From: a virus
Lineage: Duplodnaviria > Caudoviricetes
Virus record (IMG/VR): IMGVR_UViG_3300042566_000389
Coordinates: 1-56,184 of that record
Length of the DNA: 56,184 bases
Strand: one strand, 5' to 3'
Shown here piece by piece: positions 17,495 through 26,784 of the stretch (position 1 is its first letter; the number at the start of each line of letters is the position of its first letter). The notes below the pieces were generated by a model. The model was not told the origin of the DNA. It ran no database searches and saw only the letters and a list, made by a program, of their open reading frames with translations. A program made the position numbers and the translations under genes.

Positions 17495-18268
17495 ATGGGA
17501 TACGTACCAGAGTGGTCTCGTGGCTCTATGGCCAAGTCAGCAGGCAGCAAAGCCCAATCGGGAATTGTTAGCAAGCCGCTGTTTCATGGCGCACAAGCTG
17601 TGAAGTTGGCTGATGGCGGTGACGTAGCTGAGGCTATGCCGGTTGATCTGCCTGGTTACGAGGGCGACAAGCTTGGTGACTTCATCAATGAAAAGATGAG
17701 TGGCAAGCCAGACGCGAATGAGACTGAAGCCAAGTCCGATGTTTACAAGGGCAACTTCAACCAGGCGTTTGCATCTGCTCGAGCTGACGGTCACAAAGAG
17801 TTCACCTGGAACGGCAAGCGCTACGGCACTCAGATGGCTTCGGAAGTGAAGAAGCCTGAGAAAGCGCCGGAGAGTGAATCTAAGTACACGCCTCCCGAGG
17901 TTCCTGCTGATCCTCAGACCGACAACCACATGGGTTATGCCCATCGTCGCTTGACCGGTCGGAACGGTTTGGAAGGTGAGCGTGAGCTGAAGAACGGTGG
18001 CCCATCAAGTATTGCTGCCAGACAGCTCAAGGATCGCTTGGAAGATGCCAATGCAGCTCGCAAGCCAGGCTCGATCAACTTCAGCCAACTGCGTGAGAAA
18101 AATGGCGACTATCGCTATGAGCGCATGAAAGCGAACGAAGAGGCCAACAACCGCGGCCCGATGCACGATGAAGCTGAAGGTAAAGATACCGGCAGCACAC
18201 CCAAGCCACAGCCCCGCGGCAAGCAAGCCACGAAGGACAAGATGGCCAATTACCTGAAGAACAAATAG
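17495..18268 (+). CDS. Hydrophilic putative internal head protein with LADGG motif
   Basis: KLADGGDV; FNQAFASARADGHKEFTWNGKRYGT motif. Confidence 0.7.
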   Translation: MGYVPEWSRGSMAKSAGSKAQSGIVSKPLFHGAQAVKLADGGDVAEAMPVDLPGYEGDKLGDFINEKMSGKPDANETEAKSDVYKGNFNQAFASARADGHKEFTWNGKRYGTQMASEVKKPEKAPESESKYTPPEVPADPQTDNHMGYAHRRLTGRNGLEGERELKNGGPSSIAARQLKDRLEDANAARKPGSINFSQLREKNGDYRYERMKANEEANNRGPMHDEAEGKDTGSTPKPQPRGKQATKDKMANYLKNK

Positions 18269-18498
18269 TGCTCAAGAATCCATCCAAGAGAGTCATCCAG
18301 GCGCTAGCCGCCCTTGAGTCTGATCCAGACTTTAAAGAGGTGCTGGCATGGCTGGAGGAGTCTCGAAACACATTCATGCTTGACGGCTTCTATACCAAAG
18401 ACGAGGTTCAATCTCGCTGGTTCCAGGGAGCAGGTCAGGCAGTAACCGAGTTTCTCGATAAGGCGCAGTTAGCCCGAGAGACTCTACGCAAGTTCTGA
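18268..18498 (+). CDS. Small head-module protein (Bbp19-like position)
   Basis: Between portal and scaffold; PDFKEVLAWL..RWFQG. Confidence 0.6.
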   Translation: MLKNPSKRVIQALAALESDPDFKEVLAWLEESRNTFMLDGFYTKDEVQSRWFQGAGQAVTEFLDKAQLARETLRKF

Positions 18499-18604
18499 TT
18501 CGAAAGAGTCAACCCTAGCTGGCCGGGTATGGTCAGCAACTAATGAAGACTACCGAATGGGAGTCGCGTAATTACCGCGAGGCTTACGCACAACCTGGTG
18601 GCTC

Positions 18605-19561
18605 ATGGAGAGAAATGTGGCAATTCCACGCAAAGTGCAAGAAGCGGCAGACAGAGCCGAGGCCCTCCACAAACAGGTTTATGAGACCCAAGTAGCTGGA
18701 GACCCGCAGAACGCCCAAGTAGTGAACCCTGATCCGACTCCCGTCGTTGATCCTTCCCCGCAGCCCAATGATCCGGGCGTAGCAAATTCGACTGACACTC
18801 CACCCGCAGGTGAGCAGCCAGACCAGCCGAAGAAGGATGACCAATGGGAACATCGGTACAAGGTGATCGAAGGGAAATACCGCGCTGAGGTGCCTCGTCT
18901 AAACGCGGACAACCGCGAGCTTCGTCAGCAACTCGACGCACTCAAGAATGAACTCGAGCAGTTGAAGAGTCGGGGTACCGAACAGGCCACGTCACTCATC
19001 AGCACAGAGGATCGCGAGAAGTATGGCGATGATCTGCTCGACGTTATCAAACGCGCAGCGCAAGAACAGGTTGCGTCCAAGGACAGCGAGATCGCTGAGC
19101 TGAAGCGTCAATTGGAGACGGTCACTACGACCACCGCCAAGAGCGCCGATGTCAGCTTCTACGACCAATTGGGCAACATGGTTCCAGACTGGGTAACGAT
19201 TAACGCCGACGATCAATTCCTCAAGTGGCTGGATGAATACGACGAATTCACTGGACGTACTCGTCAAGACCTCCTCTCGGATGCAGAGCAATCGCGTGAC
19301 GCTAATCGCGTTGCGAAGTTCTTCACCAGCTGGAAGGCCAGTCAGTCAACCCACGCAACCAATACCCAGCGTGCACTTGAGTCCCAAGTAGCGCCCGACT
19401 CCAACCGAGTTGTGTCGCCACCTACGGGCAAGAGGATGTTCTCTCGAGGCGAGATTGCAGCGTTCTACGCAGCAGCCCGTCGCGGTGAAGTCAGCGCAAA
19501 GGAGATGGTCGCGATGGAAGCAGAAATCCACTCCGCAACTCTTGATGGGCGCATTCGTTAG
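18605..19561 (+). CDS. Capsid scaffolding protein
   Basis: Acidic P-rich N-terminus, coiled coil, directly before the major capsid gene. Confidence 0.8.
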   Translation: MERNVAIPRKVQEAADRAEALHKQVYETQVAGDPQNAQVVNPDPTPVVDPSPQPNDPGVANSTDTPPAGEQPDQPKKDDQWEHRYKVIEGKYRAEVPRLNADNRELRQQLDALKNELEQLKSRGTEQATSLISTEDREKYGDDLLDVIKRAAQEQVASKDSEIAELKRQLETVTTTTAKSADVSFYDQLGNMVPDWVTINADDQFLKWLDEYDEFTGRTRQDLLSDAEQSRDANRVAKFFTSWKASQSTHATNTQRALESQVAPDSNRVVSPPTGKRMFSRGEIAAFYAAARRGEVSAKEMVAMEAEIHSATLDGRIR

Positions 19562-19570
19562 CCCCAGAGT

Positions 19571-19585
19571 ATCAGCGGTACTGAT
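19571..19585. promoter_or_regulatory. Operator-like palindrome upstream of the capsid gene
   Basis: ATCAGC-GGT-ACTGAT matches the ATYAGC-N3-GCTRAT family. Confidence 0.45.
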
Positions 19586-19608
19586 ATTCAATTCAAAGGA
19601 AATATAAA

Positions 19609-20592
19609 ATGGCAGTTGATGTCTCTAGCGGTTATCCGCAATACAGCGCTTCGAATGGTTCGGGCGCGAAATTCATCCCCGAGATTTGGTCGGGCAAGCT
19701 CCAGGTCAAGTTCTACAAATCGACCGTTTTGGCCGAGATCACGAACAACGACTGGGAAGGTGAGATCAAGGGTTCGGGCGACAAGGTTCATATCCGTTCG
19801 ATCCCCACCATCACGATCCGTGATTACACCAAGGGTCTGAACCTCACCAATGAGGTGCCAGAAAGCACCCCGATCGAACTGACGATCGACAAGGGCAAGT
19901 ACTTCTCCGTCGTCGTTGACGATGTGGATGAAGTGCAGGCTGACGTTCGCCTGATGGACATGTTCACCAACGACGCATCTGAGCAGATGAAGATTGCGAT
20001 CGACGGCAACGTGCTCCAGACCGTGTACGCCGATGCAGCTGCTGCCAACAAAGGCACGACTGCTGGCGCGATCTCCGGCAACATCAACCTCGGTACTGCA
20101 AACAGCGCCTTGGCTCTGACCAAAGATGGCGCTTCGAGCACCAAGGCTGTCCTGGATCTGATCCTCGACATGGGCCAGGTTCTCGATGAGCAGAACGTCC
20201 CTGAAGACGGTCGCTGGTTGGTCATCTCTCCTTGGGCTGCAGCTCTGCTCAAGAAGTCTGACCTGCGCCAGGCTTACCTGACCGGTGATGACCAGTCGCC
20301 TCTGCGTAACGGCAAGATCGGCATGATCGATCGTTTCACGATCTACACGTCGAACAACCTCCTGAAGGTTGCCGATAACGCTGGCACGACTGGTAGCACA
20401 GCCGATGACTTCAACGGCTTCTACTTCATGGCTGGTACCCGTGATGCGATCTCGTTCGCTTCGCAAATCACCAACGTTGAAACCCTGCGTGCTCAAAGCA
20501 CCTTCGGCAACATCGTTCGTGGTCTGAACGTGTATGGCTACAAAGTGGTTAAACCAGAAGCCCTCGTGACGGCATACGTCAAGAAAGGCTGA
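19609..20592 (+). CDS. Major capsid protein
   Basis: FIPEIWSGKL, GDKVHI, TIDKGKYF, VRGLNVYGYKVVKPEAL; strong codon bias; terminator downstream. Confidence 0.92.
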   Translation: MAVDVSSGYPQYSASNGSGAKFIPEIWSGKLQVKFYKSTVLAEITNNDWEGEIKGSGDKVHIRSIPTITIRDYTKGLNLTNEVPESTPIELTIDKGKYFSVVVDDVDEVQADVRLMDMFTNDASEQMKIAIDGNVLQTVYADAAAANKGTTAGAISGNINLGTANSALALTKDGASSTKAVLDLILDMGQVLDEQNVPEDGRWLVISPWAAALLKKSDLRQAYLTGDDQSPLRNGKIGMIDRFTIYTSNNLLKVADNAGTTGSTADDFNGFYFMAGTRDAISFASQITNVETLRAQSTFGNIVRGLNVYGYKVVKPEALVTAYVKKG

Positions 20593-20600
20593 TGAATGAG

Positions 20601-20628
20601 GGGAGGGGGTTAACGCCCCCTCTCTGTT
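20601..20628 (+). terminator. Hairpin/terminator after the capsid gene
   Basis: GGGAGGGGGT-TAAC-GCCCCCTCTC-TGTT. Confidence 0.6.
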
Positions 20629-20635
20629 CGAGAAT

Positions 20636-20845
20636 ATGAAACTACTGAAACAGAAAAGCTCCGGTGAAATCTACGTGTGGACTGAGTTGCTCGCAAAGCG
20701 CGACGACATGGAACCGTATGAGCGCCCCGTCGTAGCACCAGCAGTACCCGAAGTTGTTGCTTCTCCTGAGCCGGTTCAAGCCGAGCCAGCTGACGAGAGC
20801 ATCAAACAGATGGCACAAGCCGTTCTGAAAAGACGCAAGAAATAA
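20636..20845 (+). CDS. Hypothetical protein
   Basis: 69-aa ORF in the structural operon. Confidence 0.65.
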   Translation: MKLLKQKSSGEIYVWTELLAKRDDMEPYERPVVAPAVPEVVASPEPVQAEPADESIKQMAQAVLKRRKK

Positions 20846-20857
20846 CAGGGATCTTCT

Positions 20858-21169
20858 ATGAAAGCTTCCGCAGTCAAACGCGAGGGCAGCAAGCTCGTCT
20901 ACCGCGGACATGAATTTGATGGCTTCAACAAGCCAAAGACTGCGCCTGACGGTGACACCCACAAGAAGATGGTGCTCGCTAAGAAGGGCGATGAAGTCAA
21001 GCTAGTCAAGTACGGACTGCGTGGCATGGAAGACTACACGCAGCACAAAGACCCCAAGCGCCGGGAGAACTATCTCAAGCGCTCAGCGGGAATCAAAGAT
21101 AAGAACGGCAAGCCAACCAAGGATGACCCGTTCAGCCCAAATCACTGGGCACGCAAAGACCTCTGGTAG
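20858..21169 (+). CDS. Basic DUF5754-like protein
   Basis: VKYG..GMEDYTQHKDPKRRENYLKR..SPNHWAR..LW. Confidence 0.55.
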   Translation: MKASAVKREGSKLVYRGHEFDGFNKPKTAPDGDTHKKMVLAKKGDEVKLVKYGLRGMEDYTQHKDPKRRENYLKRSAGIKDKNGKPTKDDPFSPNHWARKDLW

Positions 21170-21173
21170 ATAG

Positions 21174-21500
21174 ATGGCGACATTTCAAAACATCATTAAC
21201 GACGCACGTGTAGATCTGCAAGACACGGATGGCACTCGCTATACCGACGCACAGATGATCGGTTATGCCAACGATGGTGTTCGGGAAATGTTCCGCATTC
21301 GCCCAGACTTTCGGCTTGGCAGCTACATGACCGCTGTTCCCACGTATGCGGCGACTGACGCGCTGCCGATCCCCGATCAATATCGCATGCTGCTCGAGCA
21401 CTACCTTGTCTTCCGCGCTGAAGTGCGTGATGACGAGTACGCAGTCAACGGTCGCGCCTCTGGGTTCTTAGCTCGCTTTGAAAAGGAACTCAAGACATGA
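21174..21500 (+). CDS. Head-tail adaptor (DUF6682-like)
   Basis: IINDARVDLQD..RYTD..YANDG..RPD. Confidence 0.7.
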   Translation: MATFQNIINDARVDLQDTDGTRYTDAQMIGYANDGVREMFRIRPDFRLGSYMTAVPTYAATDALPIPDQYRMLLEHYLVFRAEVRDDEYAVNGRASGFLARFEKELKT

Positions 21501-22144
21501 GCGCGTATACCGCTTTCCTCGACAACGTTCTCCCGCACGTTCCAGGCTGCACACCAGAGATGGCGCTCCTGGAAATCAAGAACACTGTCATCGACTTCTG
21601 CGAGAAGTCACTCATCCTCCAGCAGGATCACGATCCGGTCACAGCCATTACAGGCATTGTTGACTACGACCTGGAGCCGCCTAGCGGTTATCTCGTCGTG
21701 AAGATCATGAACGCTTGGTACAAGGGCGTGAAGCTTGACCCGCTTTCACCCGACCAGGTGGAGACCCCATCGGTTTACAACCAGAACTCTGGTTATCTCG
21801 TGAACCGGGGTGATCCTCGCTACATCCTACAAAAAGACGCACGTACTTTCTCGTTGTATCCAATCCCGAGTGAAGACGCTGCTCTTGCCGTAACCATGCG
21901 GGTGGCGCTTAAACCAACCCGGTCTGCTACCACAATTGATGATCTCATTTACGAAGAGTATGCCGAGACCATTGGTGCTGGTGCCGTATCCCGCCTGGCC
22001 TTATCACCCGGAAAGCCTTACTCAAACCGACAGCTCGCTGCAGACAAACAAAGTCTGTACATCGCAGGGCTGAACGTCGCTCGAGACAGAGCACAGAAAG
22101 GCTATGTCCGCTCAAGCAAACACGTCCGCATGCGCCGGATCTAG
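21497..22144 (+). CDS. Head-tail adaptor/tail tubular protein
   Basis: LPHVPGC..IDFCEKS..ALKP..PGKPYSN. Confidence 0.7.
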   Translation: MSAYTAFLDNVLPHVPGCTPEMALLEIKNTVIDFCEKSLILQQDHDPVTAITGIVDYDLEPPSGYLVVKIMNAWYKGVKLDPLSPDQVETPSVYNQNSGYLVNRGDPRYILQKDARTFSLYPIPSEDAALAVTMRVALKPTRSATTIDDLIYEEYAETIGAGAVSRLALSPGKPYSNRQLAADKQSLYIAGLNVARDRAQKGYVRSSKHVRMRRI

Positions 22145-22158
22145 CTACGAGGTAATAA

Positions 22159-24141
22159 ATGTCTCTAACCACATGTAACGTCGTTTGTACCGTACACGAC
22201 GATGCTGGCCTTCCGGTAGCAGGCGCGACGGTCACGGCCAAGCTGAATCGATACGAGGTGTACAACGGTTACATCGTTCCTCAGACGGTTACGGGCACGA
22301 CGAACGAAGCTGGTGTCACGACTCTGGCTTTGTGGCCAAACGAGTTGGGTTCCACTGAATCGTCGTACCTGATCAAGATCTCTGCGCCGAACGGCAAGAA
22401 CTTGTCAACGACGGCGATGGTGCCAAACGTTTCGACAATGCCGTTACACCTGATCGCCAACCTGCCTCCGTATGAAGGCAAGTCTGATGGTGAGCTGGCA
22501 GTTGACCAGGCGATCGCGTCCGGCGCTATTGCAGTTGCATCAGCCGAAGAAGCAGCAGCCAGCGCAACAGCCGCGGCGGGTTCAGCTACGTCAGCCGCAT
22601 CGTCTGCAGCCAGCGTGTCAGCTAGTGCCGCAACCGCCACGACCCAGGCTGGCATTGCGACTACCAAAGCAACTGAAGCATCGGCAAGCGCCAGCTCAGC
22701 ATCCACTTCAGCCTCAACGGCTACCACTCAAGCCAGCCTCGCCACGACCAAAGCGACAGCAGCCAGCGAATCCGCTACTGCAGCTGCAGCGTCAGCCGCG
22801 ACGGCCACAACCAAAGCAACCGAAGCAGCCACGAGCGCAACCAGCGCGTCAGGCTCAGCCACGACTGCTACAACCAAAGCAGCTGAAGCTGGTGCAAGCG
22901 CATCTGCCGCTTCAGGCTCTGCCAATGCCGCGGCTTCAAGCGCAACCAATGCAGCTTCGAGTGCAACGGCTGCAGCATCGTCAGCGACCAGCGCAGCAAA
23001 CTCCGCTACGACGGCCACGACGAAAGCAGGCGAGGCATCTACTAGCGCCAGCGCCGCAAACACCAGCGCAAACAGCGCATCGAACTCAGCCACGTCGGCA
23101 GCATCATCGGCATCGACTGCTACGACCAAGGCATCAGAGGCGGCTACAAGCGCCAGCACAGCAACAACCAAGGCTAGCGAAGCCAGTACGTCTGCATCAG
23201 CAGCTGCGGCATCTGCAACCAGCGCATCGTCTAGCGCAAGCTCAGCTTCTACAAGTGCAACAAACGCAGCCAACAGCGCATCGAGCGCCAACGGTTTCGC
23301 TTCGACGGCAAGCACTCAGGCTGGTATTGCAACGACCAAGGCGACTGAAGCAGCAGCATCAGCAGCAGCAGCGGCCAGTAGCGCCAGCGTGGCAGCAGCA
23401 GGCGGCATCAGGTTTGATACTGCACAGACACTCAACAGCACAGAGAAAGCGCAGGCTCGCAGCAACATGGGCTTGGCGACTGTTGCAGCTACCGGTGCTT
23501 ACAACGACCTGACGGGCAAGCCAGATCTGAGCGTGTATGCGCTGCTGTCTTCTGTCGGTGCAGCTAACGGCATCGCCCAGCTTGACTCGAGTGGCAAAGT
23601 CCCAGTCGGTCAATTGCCAACCAGCACGACAGACACGGTGACTGAGGGCTCAACGAACCTGTACTTCACCAATGCTCGTGCACGTGCGGCTATTAGCGTA
23701 GCCGGTGGTCTGTCGTACAACGCATCGACAGGTGTGATCACTGGCCCAACGCTGGCTACCGTAGCAACGAGTGGCGCGTATGGAGATCTATCTGGTACGC
23801 CAACGATCAACGCGCTTGTACCAACCCAGACTGGAAATGCAGGGAAGTACCTGCTGACTGACGGCACTTCGGTTTCCTGGGCTTCTGTTGACGCTTTGCC
23901 TTCGCAAACTGGCAACTCTGGTAAGTACCTGACAACCGATGGCACCACATCGTCCTGGGCATTGATCAATGCTGGCGCAGTTGGCGGCGGGTCAGACAAG
24001 GTGTTCTGGCTCAACGATCAAGTGATTTCTAGCGACTACACCGTGCCATCAGGAAAGAACGCATCAAGCGCAGGCCCGATCACGATTAACTCAGGCGTGA
24101 CCGTCACGGTTTCGTCCGGTTCAACCTGGGTGGTGGTCTGA
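22159..24141 (+). CDS. Long tail fibre with Ala/Ser/Thr-rich shaft
   Basis: ATTKATEA repeats, GIAQLDSSGKVP, LPSQTGNSGKYLTTDG repeats, C-terminal AGPITINSGVTVTV..TWVVV. Confidence 0.85.
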   Translation: MSLTTCNVVCTVHDDAGLPVAGATVTAKLNRYEVYNGYIVPQTVTGTTNEAGVTTLALWPNELGSTESSYLIKISAPNGKNLSTTAMVPNVSTMPLHLIANLPPYEGKSDGELAVDQAIASGAIAVASAEEAAASATAAAGSATSAASSAASVSASAATATTQAGIATTKATEASASASSASTSASTATTQASLATTKATAASESATAAAASAATATTKATEAATSATSASGSATTATTKAAEAGASASAASGSANAAASSATNAASSATAAASSATSAANSATTATTKAGEASTSASAANTSANSASNSATSAASSASTATTKASEAATSASTATTKASEASTSASAAAASATSASSSASSASTSATNAANSASSANGFASTASTQAGIATTKATEAAASAAAAASSASVAAAGGIRFDTAQTLNSTEKAQARSNMGLATVAATGAYNDLTGKPDLSVYALLSSVGAANGIAQLDSSGKVPVGQLPTSTTDTVTEGSTNLYFTNARARAAISVAGGLSYNASTGVITGPTLATVATSGAYGDLSGTPTINALVPTQTGNAGKYLLTDGTSVSWASVDALPSQTGNSGKYLTTDGTTSSWALINAGAVGGGSDKVFWLNDQVISSDYTVPSGKNASSAGPITINSGVTVTVSSGSTWVVV

Positions 24142-24386
24142 TGGGTTGGAAACTAAATGCTCCAAGCGGAGGAAGTGTTGAGCTGTACCCGGCTGACACA
24201 GCATCAAATGTGACGTTCTCTATTCCAGGTGACGGACAGATGATCATTGCGGACGCTGATACTGGTGCAGCACTGATCCCATCTGGATACACATTTCAAC
24301 GTCCGCCATCTCCGTCAGTCGGTATGGCTAGGGTGAATAAAGATTCTGGTGCCGTGGAGATTTACAACGGCGCAGCTTGGGGATAA
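24141..24386 (+). CDS. Fibre adapter, N-terminal-only paralog of the Gly-rich fibre proteins
   Basis: KLNAPSGGSV..QRPPSPSVGM.R.N..EIYNG aligns by eye with the N-terminus of 24390. Confidence 0.65.
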   Translation: MGWKLNAPSGGSVELYPADTASNVTFSIPGDGQMIIADADTGAALIPSGYTFQRPPSPSVGMARVNKDSGAVEIYNGAAWG

Positions 24387-24389
24387 CGG

Positions 24390-25442
24390 ATGGCATCGAA
24401 AGTAAAACTTAATGCGGCATCTGGCGGCTCAGTCACGATCCAGCCAGTTGATACAGCAGGCAACTACACAACCAAGATTCCTGCTGCAGGTGGCGTGGCT
24501 GTGATTGCTGATTCTGCAACTGGGGCAATGCAGCTTCCGGTTGGCACGACGGCGCAGCGCCCTGCTAGTCCGCAGGTTGGCTGGACAAGATTTAATAGCA
24601 CGCTCGGATATGCCGAGATTTACAACGGCACGACATGGACTGGGTTCTTTGGATACTCAGCTGCGTTCCTTGTGGTCGCTGGCGGTGGTGGCGGGTACTC
24701 AGCAGGCGGTGGTGCTGGCGGCATGCTGGCTTCTACCATCAAGTTAACGCCAGGAACTGCCTACACAATTACCGTAGGTGCTGGTGGTGCAGCCACGACT
24801 GGAAGCGCTCCTTACAACGGATCAATCGGCGGAACTTCATCGATAGGTTCTGTTGTGGTTGCTACCGGCGGCGGTGGCGGTAGTGGCTATTACGGCTCTC
24901 AAACCGGTGGCAACGGAGGTTCTGGTGGTGGTGGATACAGCGGTAGCGGATCTGCTGGAACAGGAATTTCTGGACAAGGTTTCCGAGGCGGTTATTTCGA
25001 TGGCTCCCAACAGTATGGCTACCCAGCTGGCGGCGGTGCTGGCGGAGTAGGCGGCAACAACAGCGGCCCATATGGAGCTGGTGCTGGTGGTCGCGGCTTG
25101 TACTGCGGGATCACAGGAGCTATTGCTTATTACGCAGGCGGCGGTGGTGGTGGCGCTGATACCAATTACGGAAATGGCGGTGCAGGCGGAGAGGGTGGCG
25201 GCGGCGGCTCAAACCAAGCAAACCAAAACGGAGTCGCAAATACAGGCGGCGGCGGAGGTGGTGGCTGGTATGGCGCAACAGCAAGAAATGCAGGCGCTGG
25301 CGGCTCCGGCGTTGTCATCATTGCTTATCAAAGCTTGATCCAACTTGGCTCTGGTGGAACTGTCACTTCATACACCGAAGCAAACACCGGCCTCAAATAT
25401 TGGGTTCATACCTTTACTACATCCGGTACATACACAGCATAA
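24390..25442 (+). CDS. Glycine-rich tail fibre/adhesin 1
   Basis: QRPASP module + LVVAGGGGG polyglycine domain + HTFTTSGT end. Confidence 0.8.
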   Translation: MASKVKLNAASGGSVTIQPVDTAGNYTTKIPAAGGVAVIADSATGAMQLPVGTTAQRPASPQVGWTRFNSTLGYAEIYNGTTWTGFFGYSAAFLVVAGGGGGYSAGGGAGGMLASTIKLTPGTAYTITVGAGGAATTGSAPYNGSIGGTSSIGSVVVATGGGGGSGYYGSQTGGNGGSGGGGYSGSGSAGTGISGQGFRGGYFDGSQQYGYPAGGGAGGVGGNNSGPYGAGAGGRGLYCGITGAIAYYAGGGGGGADTNYGNGGAGGEGGGGGSNQANQNGVANTGGGGGGGWYGATARNAGAGGSGVVIIAYQSLIQLGSGGTVTSYTEANTGLKYWVHTFTTSGTYTA

Positions 25443-25451
25443 GGAAACAAC

Positions 25452-25808
25452 ATGGCACATTTCGCAAAAGTAGTTGACGGTACGGTTGTCAACGTCATCG
25501 TGGCTGAACCGGAGTTCTTCGACACGTTCGTTGATAACTCGCCCGGTCAATGGATTCAAACTTCATACAACACCCACGGTGGTGTTCACTCTAACGGCGG
25601 GACTCCGCTGCGCAAAAACTACGCTGGAATCGGCTTTACGTATGACGCTCAGCGTGATGCGTTCATTCCGCCCAAGCCATTTGCAAGCTGGTCGTTGAAT
25701 GAAACAACCTGCTTGTGGGATGCGCCAACACCAATGCCAACTGATGGCAAGCGGTATCAGTGGGACGAAGCAACTATGAGCTGGCAAGAAGTCGTAGTTG
25801 CACAATAA
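25452..25808 (+). CDS. Fibre-associated (chaperone-like) protein
   Basis: MAHFAKV..WIQTSYN..LRKNYAGIG..DAFIPPKPF.SW, commonly next to Gly-rich fibre genes. Confidence 0.7.
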   Translation: MAHFAKVVDGTVVNVIVAEPEFFDTFVDNSPGQWIQTSYNTHGGVHSNGGTPLRKNYAGIGFTYDAQRDAFIPPKPFASWSLNETTCLWDAPTPMPTDGKRYQWDEATMSWQEVVVAQ

Positions 25809-25817
25809 GGAAGAATC

Positions 25818-26774
25818 ATGCCGTTAGACATTCAGGGCACGGATTATCTAAAGCTGCCAGTCGGGACTGATTCTCAGCGCCCAGCCTCTCCGTCTTTCGG
25901 AATGGTTCGAGGCAGTAGTACCAGCGGGAACCTGGAGTGGTATGACCCCTCCACAAGTTCATGGAAGCCTATCTATCAAATGCCTGGTTACTCGGTTGAG
26001 TACCTGGTTGTTGCTGGTGGTGGATCCGGTGGATCAACAAACTATGCGTGGAATTCAGCTGGTGGTGGCGGTGCTGGCGGCGTACTGACAGGCACATCAA
26101 ACCTAACGACTGGAGTCGCATATACGGTTGTTGTTGGAGCTGGCGGCGCAGCTGTCTATGGCAATAGCACCGGCGTCAATGGCATCAACGGGAATAACTC
26201 GTCTTTCAATACTGTTACCGCACTTGGTGGCGGTGCTGGCGGCGCAGGAGGCACATCTCCAGGTTTTGCTGGCGGTAGCGGCGGCGGTGCTGGACGTAAC
26301 GCATACGGCGGCGCAGGCACTACAGGCCAAGGCTACAAAGGCGGTGACTCGCTGCACACCGATCCATATTCGGGTGGCGCTGGCGGTGGCGGTGCTGGTG
26401 CTGCTGGCGGCGCAGGCCCAAGCGCTGGTGTTGGCGGCATTGGAGTTACCAGCTCGATTACTGGAGTGAGCACGTATTACGGTGGTGGCGGCAGTGGTGC
26501 GATGTATTACGGCACACCAGCATCTGGCGGTGGTGGACGAGGAGGTGGTTCCGGTGTGTTGGCAACTGCTGGCACGGCGAATACCGGAGGTGGTGGTGGA
26601 GGATATTACTGGGCTGATGGTGGCGGCGGAACACAAGGTTACTCAGGCGCTGGCGGCTCTGGAGTCGTTGTATTGCGCTATCTCGGCACTCAGCGTGGTG
26701 TAGGCGGAGCGGTCACTTCTTCTGGCGGTTACACAATTCACACCTTTACGTCCTCTGGGACTTACATTGCATGA
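25818..26774 (+). CDS. Glycine-rich tail fibre/adhesin 2
   Basis: Same architecture as 24390. Confidence 0.8.
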   Translation: MPLDIQGTDYLKLPVGTDSQRPASPSFGMVRGSSTSGNLEWYDPSTSSWKPIYQMPGYSVEYLVVAGGGSGGSTNYAWNSAGGGGAGGVLTGTSNLTTGVAYTVVVGAGGAAVYGNSTGVNGINGNNSSFNTVTALGGGAGGAGGTSPGFAGGSGGGAGRNAYGGAGTTGQGYKGGDSLHTDPYSGGAGGGGAGAAGGAGPSAGVGGIGVTSSITGVSTYYGGGGSGAMYYGTPASGGGGRGGGSGVLATAGTANTGGGGGGYYWADGGGGTQGYSGAGGSGVVVLRYLGTQRGVGGAVTSSGGYTIHTFTSSGTYIA

Positions 26775-26784
26775 GGACAAATAG

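Noticed and set aside
22281-23512. Long alternative-frame and antisense ORFs in the fibre gene (similar ones in other structural genes)
   Set aside because: Shadow ORFs of low-complexity Ala/Ser/Thr or Gly codons, without RBS
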